Shown here in pieces: positions 58,401 to 64,000 of a DNA stretch of 64,000 nucleotides. The stretch is from positions 2,943 through 66,942 of the forward strand of contig NZ_JAYRSU010000008.1 of the NCBI RefSeq assembly GCF_041919955.1, written 5' to 3'. A program made the position numbers and the translations under genes. Within the stretch, counting starts at the first letter, position 1, and each line of letters starts with the position of its first letter. The DNA comes from Phenylobacterium sp. GTDB lineage: Bacteria; Pseudomonadota; Alphaproteobacteria; Caulobacterales; Caulobacteraceae. The notes below the pieces were generated by a model. It saw only the letters and a program-made list of their open reading frames with translations. It did not search any database and was not told the origin of the DNA.

Positions 58401-59618
58401 CTATCGACCATTCCTGACGTCGCGGAAGGGAATATCTCTGTCGACTTCCGGCTCCTTGGGCAGACCCAGGACCCGCTCGCCGATGATGTTGCGCTGGATC
58501 TGGTCTGTGCCGCCCCCGATCGAGGTGAAGTAAGCGTTGAGCGCCAGGAAGTTGGCGTCCTCGGCCCGTGGGTGATCGGGACCTTCCAACAGGCTGCCCG
58601 CGCCCAGGATCGCTGCGCGCACCCGCGCCTCCTCGTGCAGGATGCGGCTCATGGCCAGCTTGCCAAGGCTCATCACCGGCGAGGAACTGCCCTGGGCCAG
58701 GTCGGCCTTGGCGCGGGCCGTGTTGAGGGCGTTCAGCCGCTTGTAGGCGATGACCTGGGCGATGTCCTGCCGCAGCAGCGGGTCCTCCAGGCGCCCCGCC
58801 TCGCGCGCCAGCGCAATCAGCGGTTCCTCGGTCTTCGATTCCGCCGCGCCGCTGCGCGGCCCTCGCGCGCCCTCGCCCATCACCGAGCGCTCGTAGGCCA
58901 GCGCGGTCTGCAGCACCCCCCAGCCCTCGCCCAGGTTCTTGAGCAGGTTCTCCTCGGGGACGACCGCCTCGGTGATGAACACCTCGTTGAAGTGGCGCTC
59001 GTCGGTAATCTGCCGCAGCGGCCGCACCTCGACCCCCGGCTGCTTCATCGGCAGGAAGAAGAAGCTGATGCCCTTGTGCTTGGGAACGTCCCAATCGGTG
59101 CGCGCGATCAGCATGCCGTAGTCGGCGGTGGCCGCGCCGGACGTCCACACCTTTTGGCCCGTCACCACGAAGTGGTCGCCCTGGCGGTCGGCCCGCGTGC
59201 GGATGCCGGCCAGGTCCGATCCCGCGCCCGGCTCGGAATAGAGGAGGCACATGCCGACCTCCTGGCGCAGCAGCGGCAGGATCAGCTTCTGCTTCAGCGC
59301 CTCGGTCCCGCAGGCCAGCAGGGTGTTGGCCCAAAGGTTTGTCCGATCCTGGCCCGTACCCGGCGCGCCGACGGCGGCGAATTCGCGCTCGATGATCTTG
59401 GCCTGGGCGTTGGAAAGCCCGCGCCCCGACCATTCCGGCGACCAGCGCGGAACCGCCCAGCGCGCCTCGACCACCTTGGCCATCCAGGCCTTCTGCTCGG
59501 CCGAGACGGTCCAGCCGGCCCCCTCGCCGCCGCTGCGCTTGGGCAGCCCTTTCCAGTTGTCGGCCAGCCAGGCGCGGACCTCGTCGCGCAGGGCCTCGTC
59601 GGTGACGGTCTCCACCAT
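58401..59618 (-). CDS. Acyl-CoA dehydrogenase
   Basis: YSEPGAGSDLA; GQKVWTS; FNEVF; IGGGTDQIQRNII. Confidence 0.93.
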   Translation of the reverse strand: MVETVTDEALRDEVRAWLADNWKGLPKRSGGEGAGWTVSAEQKAWMAKVVEARWAVPRWSPEWSGRGLSNAQAKIIEREFAAVGAPGTGQDRTNLWANTLLACGTEALKQKLILPLLRQEVGMCLLYSEPGAGSDLAGIRTRADRQGDHFVVTGQKVWTSGAATADYGMLIARTDWDVPKHKGISFFFLPMKQPGVEVRPLRQITDERHFNEVFITEAVVPEENLLKNLGEGWGVLQTALAYERSVMGEGARGPRSGAAESKTEEPLIALAREAGRLEDPLLRQDIAQVIAYKRLNALNTARAKADLAQGSSSPVMSLGKLAMSRILHEEARVRAAILGAGSLLEGPDHPRAEDANFLALNAYFTSIGGGTDQIQRNIIGERVLGLPKEPEVDRDIPFRDVRNGR

Positions 59619-59620
59619 GG

Positions 59621-60718
59621 TCAGGCTCCCAGCGCCTTAAGGAAACGTTCGCGGTGCAGGTTCGAGGCGCCGAACAGCTGCGCCCCCGAGCGGGCCCGCC
59701 GCAGATAGAGGTGGGCGGGGTGCTCCCAGGTGAAGGCGATGCCGCCGTGCATCTGCACCGCGTCGGCCGTGGTCCGCACATAGGCGTCGGCGCAGGCGAA
59801 GGCGGCCAGGGCGACGGCGGCCTCGGCGTCCGGGGCGGCGTCGGCCAGCTTGGCCGCGGCGTTGCGCGCCGCCGAGATCGCGCTCTCGCTCTCAAGCAGC
59901 AGGTCGGCGGCCATGTGCTTGATCGCCTGGAACGAGCCGATGGCGCGGCCGAACTGGAAGCGGGTCTTGGCGTAGTCGACGGTGAACGCCAGGCACCGCT
60001 GGGCGCCGCCGGCTTGGTCTCCGGCCAGGGCGACCAGAGCCAGGTCGAGCGCGGCCTGCACCGCCGGCCAGGCCGCGCCCTGCAGCCGCCGCGCGGGCGT
60101 CTCCTCGAAGGTGATCCGCGCCAGCCGCAGGGTGTGGTCGAAGGTCGGAAGGGCCGCGATCTCTACGCCGGCCGCATCGGGCGCGACCTCGAAGACCGCC
60201 AGGCCGTCCGGCGCATGGGCCAGCACCAGCAGCACGCCGGCGTTCTGGCCGTGGAGGACATAGCTCGCAAGGCCGCTGAGCGCGCCCCCGGCCGAGGCGC
60301 TCACCGCCACGCCCTCGGGCGACCAGCTTCCGGCGTCGCCGGTCAGGGCGGCGGCGGCCAGGGTGGTCCCGGCGGCCATGCCCGGCAGCAGCCGCGCCTT
60401 GGCCTCGGCGTCGTCCAACCCCTGGAGCAGCCCGGCCGCCAGCACGCTGGAGCCCAGCAGGGGCGCGCAGAGCAGGCTGGCGCCGGCCGCCTCCATGACG
60501 TTTTCCAGCTCCAGCGGCCCGGCCCCCGCGCCGCCATAGGCCTCTTCGATCACCAGGCCGGCGACCCCCATGTCCGAAAGCTGGGCCCACAACGCCTCGT
60601 CGTAGCCACTAGCGGTCTCCATCGTCCGGCGGACATCCGCCTCGGTGCTGCGGTCGGCGAGCAGACGGGTGACCGCATCCCTCAGCGCCGTACGTTCCTC
60701 TGCCGACAGGCTCGCCAC
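59621..60718 (-). CDS. Acyl-CoA dehydrogenase (partner subunit of a probable heteromeric pair)
   Basis: RFQFGRAIGSFQAIKH; HGGIAFTWEH. GTG 60718 follows a GGAG RBS. Confidence 0.9.
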   Translation of the reverse strand: MASLSAEERTALRDAVTRLLADRSTEADVRRTMETASGYDEALWAQLSDMGVAGLVIEEAYGGAGAGPLELENVMEAAGASLLCAPLLGSSVLAAGLLQGLDDAEAKARLLPGMAAGTTLAAAALTGDAGSWSPEGVAVSASAGGALSGLASYVLHGQNAGVLLVLAHAPDGLAVFEVAPDAAGVEIAALPTFDHTLRLARITFEETPARRLQGAAWPAVQAALDLALVALAGDQAGGAQRCLAFTVDYAKTRFQFGRAIGSFQAIKHMAADLLLESESAISAARNAAAKLADAAPDAEAAVALAAFACADAYVRTTADAVQMHGGIAFTWEHPAHLYLRRARSGAQLFGASNLHRERFLKALGA

Positions 60719-60740
60719 GTCGCGCTCTCCTTGATTATCG

Positions 60741-60753
60741 GACGGCTTCCGTC
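60741..60753. promoter_or_regulatory. Dyad between the divergent ACAD and TetR starts; candidate operator
   Basis: GACGG-CTT-CCGTC. Confidence 0.5.
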
Positions 60754-60760
60754 TAAAAAT

Positions 60761-61396
60761 ATGCACATGGCGGATGTGATCGCAAGCAGGAGCGCCGGCC
60801 GGGGCCGGCCGCGCGATCCGGGACTGGAAGACCGCGTCTTCGACGCCGCCATCGCCCTCTATGCCGAGGCGGGCTGGGCCGGCTTTTCCTTCGAGGCCCT
60901 TGCCAGGCGCTCGGGCGTCGGCAAGGCTGGGCTCTATCGCCGCTGGAGCGACCGCCAGGAGCTGCTGCGCCAGACGCTGGAGGCCCGCTGGCTGGCCCCG
61001 GCTAGGATCGAGACCGGCGCCCTGCGCGGCGACCTGCTGGCCCTGGCCCGCCAGGTCTTCGCCGCCTATGCCGGCGAAAACGCCCGCGTCGCTCGCTGGA
61101 TGGCGATGGACGGCGAGCGTCATCCCGAGGTCCGCAGCGCCACCGCCCCCTATGTCGAGACGACCATTCGCCAGGGCCGCGCCATCGTGCGGCGCGCCAT
61201 CGCCCGTGGCGAGATCGCCGGCGGGACCAATCCGGGCCTGCTGATGGACCTGGTGGTCGGCGGCGTGATCAATCACGTGGCCACCACCCCCTTGCGTTTA
61301 CGCGGCGCGATGGTCGCAAAGATGGACGCCTTCACCACCGACCTGGTCGACACGGCGCTGAGAGGGATCGGCGCCGCCCCGAGCGAGGACAGATGA
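60761..61396 (+). CDS. TetR/AcrR regulator
   Basis: GRGRPRDP...FSFEALARRSGVGKAGLYRRW. Confidence 0.9.
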   Translation: MHMADVIASRSAGRGRPRDPGLEDRVFDAAIALYAEAGWAGFSFEALARRSGVGKAGLYRRWSDRQELLRQTLEARWLAPARIETGALRGDLLALARQVFAAYAGENARVARWMAMDGERHPEVRSATAPYVETTIRQGRAIVRRAIARGEIAGGTNPGLLMDLVVGGVINHVATTPLRLRGAMVAKMDAFTTDLVDTALRGIGAAPSEDR

Positions 61397-62931
61397 GCAT
61401 CAGCGACAACACTCCCGTCATCATCGGCGTCGGCGAGGCCTCAGAGCGGATCGGCGCGCCCGGCTACGCCGCGCTGTCGCCGGCCGCCCTCGCGGCCGGC
61501 GCCGCCAAGGCCGCTATCGAGGACGCCGGGGCCGGCGACATCGCCGGCCAGATCGACGTCATCGCCGCCATCCGTCAATTCGAGGTCTCCGGCCCCGGCG
61601 CCAAGCCGCCGTTCGGCGCCGCCGACAACTTCCCCCGCTCGGTCGCCGCCCGCATCGGGGCTGATCCGCGCCATGCGATCCTGGAGATCGTCGGCGGCCA
61701 GGGGCCACAGCACCTGGTGAACGAGTTCGCCCACGCCATCGCCGCCGGCGAGACCCGCATGGCGCTGATGGTCGGTTCCGAGGCGATCTCCACCGTTCGC
61801 CACCTGGCGACCCAGGGCGAGAGCCGCGATTGGAGCGAGGCGATCGGCGGTCAGCTTGAGGACCGCGGCTACGGACTGGAAGGGCTGCTGACCTCCGACC
61901 TTGCCGGCCACGGCGCGCGCACGCCGATCTCGGTCTACGCCCTGTTCGAGAACGCCCGCCGCGCACGCATGGGCAAGGATCGGGCGAGCTACGGCCTGGA
62001 GATGGGCGAGTTGTTCGCCCCCTTCACCAAGGTCGCTCACGGAAACCCCCACGCCATGAGCCAGGAGGTCTACACGCCCGAGGAGCTGGCGACCGTAACC
62101 GGCCCCAACCGCCTGACCAGCGATCCCTTCCCCCGCCGGATGGTTGCGCGCGACCAGGCGAACCAGGGCGCGGCAGTGCTGATGACCTCGGCCGGAAAGG
62201 CGCGCGAACTGGGCGTGCCCGAGGATCGCTGGATCTATCTTTGGGGCGGGGCGGACGTGAAAGAGCGCACGCCCGTCCAGCGACAGGACCTGTCGAAGAG
62301 CCCGGCCTCGACCGCCGCCGTCCAGCGCGCCCTGGACGCGGCGGGCGTGCGTCTTTCCGACATCGGCGTCTTCGACCTCTATTCCTGCTTTCCGATCGCG
62401 GTGTTCAACATCTGCGACGCCCTGGGCCTCTCGCCGACCGATCCGCGCGGTCTGACGGTGACCGGCGGCCTGCCGTTCTTCGGCGGCGCAGGGAACAACT
62501 ACTCCATGCACGCCATCGCCGAGATGGTCCGCCGCCTGCGCGCAAAGCCGGATACGGTGGGTCTGGTCGGCGCCAACGGCGGCTTCCTGTCGAAATATTC
62601 CGTGGGCGTCTATTCGGCCAAGGCCCGCGACTTCGCACCGTTCGATTCCAAGCCGCTGCAGGCCGAAGTTGATAGCTGGGCGGCGCCGGCTCTCGACCAG
62701 GCCTATTCCGGCGAGGCGGCGGTAGAGACCTACACCATCGACTATGCCGGCCCCGCCCCGCGCGGGGTGGTGGTCGCCCGCACGCCCGCCGGCGCCCGGA
62801 TCATCGCCATGACGCCGCCCGACGACGCCGCGGTGGTCGGCGAAATGATCGCGACCGACCCGCTGGGCCGCCGCGCCATCCTGGCTCCCGGCGAGGGCGG
62901 CAAGGTGCTGGTGACGGGGCTCGCGGGCTGA
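61393..62931 (+). CDS. Thiolase-like protein (acetyl-CoA acetyltransferase family, non-canonical)
   Basis: PVIIGVGE; NQGAAVLMTS; DLYSCFP; LTVTGGLPFFGGAGNNY. Confidence 0.85.
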   Translation: MSISDNTPVIIGVGEASERIGAPGYAALSPAALAAGAAKAAIEDAGAGDIAGQIDVIAAIRQFEVSGPGAKPPFGAADNFPRSVAARIGADPRHAILEIVGGQGPQHLVNEFAHAIAAGETRMALMVGSEAISTVRHLATQGESRDWSEAIGGQLEDRGYGLEGLLTSDLAGHGARTPISVYALFENARRARMGKDRASYGLEMGELFAPFTKVAHGNPHAMSQEVYTPEELATVTGPNRLTSDPFPRRMVARDQANQGAAVLMTSAGKARELGVPEDRWIYLWGGADVKERTPVQRQDLSKSPASTAAVQRALDAAGVRLSDIGVFDLYSCFPIAVFNICDALGLSPTDPRGLTVTGGLPFFGGAGNNYSMHAIAEMVRRLRAKPDTVGLVGANGGFLSKYSVGVYSAKARDFAPFDSKPLQAEVDSWAAPALDQAYSGEAAVETYTIDYAGPAPRGVVVARTPAGARIIAMTPPDDAAVVGEMIATDPLGRRAILAPGEGGKVLVTGLAG

Positions 62932-63353
62932 TGGACGCGACCGTGCAGGACCTGAACAAGACCCTCGGCTTCGTGCGCCGCGTCTCCATGGATCCGGAAG
63001 GCCGCGCCGTCATCGAATACGAGGCCGGCATGCACATGTGCCACTCGGGCGGCGTGGTGCAGGGCGGCTTCGTCACCGGCTGGATCGACGCGGCGATGGC
63101 GCATGCGGCCATGGCCATGGCCGGCCCGGACGTCACCCCGATGTCGCTGGAGCTGAAGGTCAGCTTCTTCGCGCCGGCCAGACCCGGCCGGGTGATCGCC
63201 GAGGCCTGGGTCGAGCGGCGGGGCAAGCGCACCTGCTTCTTCGAAGGCCGTTTGCTGGACGGCGAGGGCAAGGTGCTGGCCAAGGCCAGCTCCACCCTGA
63301 TGTTGGCCGCCCGCGACCGCGTCGAAGCGGCGGCGAAGGCCGCAGCGCAGTAG
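62931..63353 (+). CDS. PaaI-family thioesterase
   Basis: HSGGVVQGGFVTGWIDAAM; ELKVSFFAPA. Confidence 0.88.
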   Translation: MDATVQDLNKTLGFVRRVSMDPEGRAVIEYEAGMHMCHSGGVVQGGFVTGWIDAAMAHAAMAMAGPDVTPMSLELKVSFFAPARPGRVIAEAWVERRGKRTCFFEGRLLDGEGKVLAKASSTLMLAARDRVEAAAKAAAQ

Positions 63354-63359
63354 GCGACC

Positions 63360-63830
63360 CTAGAGCGCTGAAATGTCGAGTCGGGCCAACCGAGCCCGGC
63401 GTTCGGCGTAACGGTCACCGAGCGCCGCAGTGCTCAGGAACGTGGCGAGGATGCGCTCGGCCACGGCGGGCTCGGTGACGTCGGCGCCCAGCACCAGCAC
63501 GTTGGCGTCGCCATGCTCGCGAGCGGGGGCGGCTTCCTCCAGCGTGTGCAGCAGCGTGGCGCGGACGAAGGGGAAACGGTTGGCGGTGATCGCCATCATC
63601 TGCCCGCTTCCGCAGATCCCCACGGCGAAGTCCGACCGGCCGGCCTTCAGCTCGGCCGCCAAGCGCAGCGCATAGTCCATGGCGTTGACTCGCTCGCCTT
63701 CGCTGTCGGCCCCGCAGTCGGTCACCCCATAGCCGTTGGCGGCCAGCCAGGCCTTCAGCCGCGCCTTCAGGGCGACTCCACGATGGTCGGTCGCAATGGC
63801 GATCGGCTTGTCGGTCAGCTTGCGGATCAT
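63360..63830 (-). CDS. rpiB: RpiB/LacA/LacB sugar-phosphate isomerase
   Basis: ATDHRG; DY; GICGSG; ANRF; HGDANVLVLG. ATG 63830. Confidence 0.85.
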   Translation of the reverse strand: MIRKLTDKPIAIATDHRGVALKARLKAWLAANGYGVTDCGADSEGERVNAMDYALRLAAELKAGRSDFAVGICGSGQMMAITANRFPFVRATLLHTLEEAAPAREHGDANVLVLGADVTEPAVAERILATFLSTAALGDRYAERRARLARLDISAL

Positions 63831-63871
63831 GGCGCGACCGTAGCGTCCCCGCCGGCCTTCCGCCATCGGCG

Positions 63872-64000
63872 TTAGGGGGTGGGCTGGGACGCGGCCCGCG
63901 CCTCGACGGACGGTGCGAAACCAACGGCGCGGGCGCGGGCCTCGCCGCGAGCCATCTCCTTCACAAGATCGGCGACATAGAGGTTGAAGTCGACCTGAAT
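63872..64000 (-). CDS. C-terminus of a gene entering from the right edge, probably a flavin-containing monooxygenase
   Basis: IQVDFNLYVADLVKEMARGEARAR...TAA, like FMO C-termini (QVDF..Y..DL.KE). Confidence 0.5.
   Translation of the reverse strand: MQVDFNLYVADLVKEMARGEARARAVGFAPSVEARAASQPTP

Noticed and set aside
1-64000. CRISPR arrays, rRNA, intact tRNA, intact transposase or integrase
   Set aside because: No regularly spaced repeats, canonical RNA gene or complete recombinase ORF was seen.

Overview
High-GC alphaproteobacterial DNA, probably Caulobacteraceae (Phenylobacterium/Caulobacter-like; inferred from GC, gene style and TonB-dependent receptor density). The window is almost entirely accessory catabolic and transport modules, with nine TetR regulators, four TonB-dependent receptor (TBDR) loci (one a remnant) and one ECF/FecR signalling system. 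I found no CRISPR array, rRNA or intact tRNA. (1) 1-14.3 kb: a putative amine/alkaloid catabolic island with an imine-reductase-like gene, a fungal-type (R)-selective amine transaminase, an SDR, an EthA/AlmA-type flavin monooxygenase, two PhyH dioxygenases, two MFS transporters, a TPR-sulfotransferase and three paralogous TetRs; most intergenic regions share a TCGW-N6-TCGW motif. (2) 14.3-20.1 kb: a TetR-controlled operon with a CYP153 P450 fused in frame to a complete MFS transporter (one +1 frameshift), a 2Fe-2S ferredoxin and an exported quinohemoprotein alcohol dehydrogenase. (3) 20.5-26 kb: TetR, TBDR and GH20 hexosaminidase. (4) 26-27 kb: a scar of gene fragments (cytochrome c, integrase, enoyl-CoA hydratase). 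(5) 27-33.6 kb: ECF-FecR-TBDR plus a GGT-fold enzyme lacking the glutamyl-binding residues. (6) 33.8-46.5 kb: DUF2322, aminotransferase, RND pump, GMC oxidoreductase/Hyi pair and small immunity-like ORFs. (7) 46.5-56 kb: amidohydrolase, DUF2817 and non-canonical enolase operon, plus TBDR and sulfatase. (8) 56-64 kb: acyl-CoA catabolism genes and RpiB. Family calls come from motif recognition by eye; no database searches were run.
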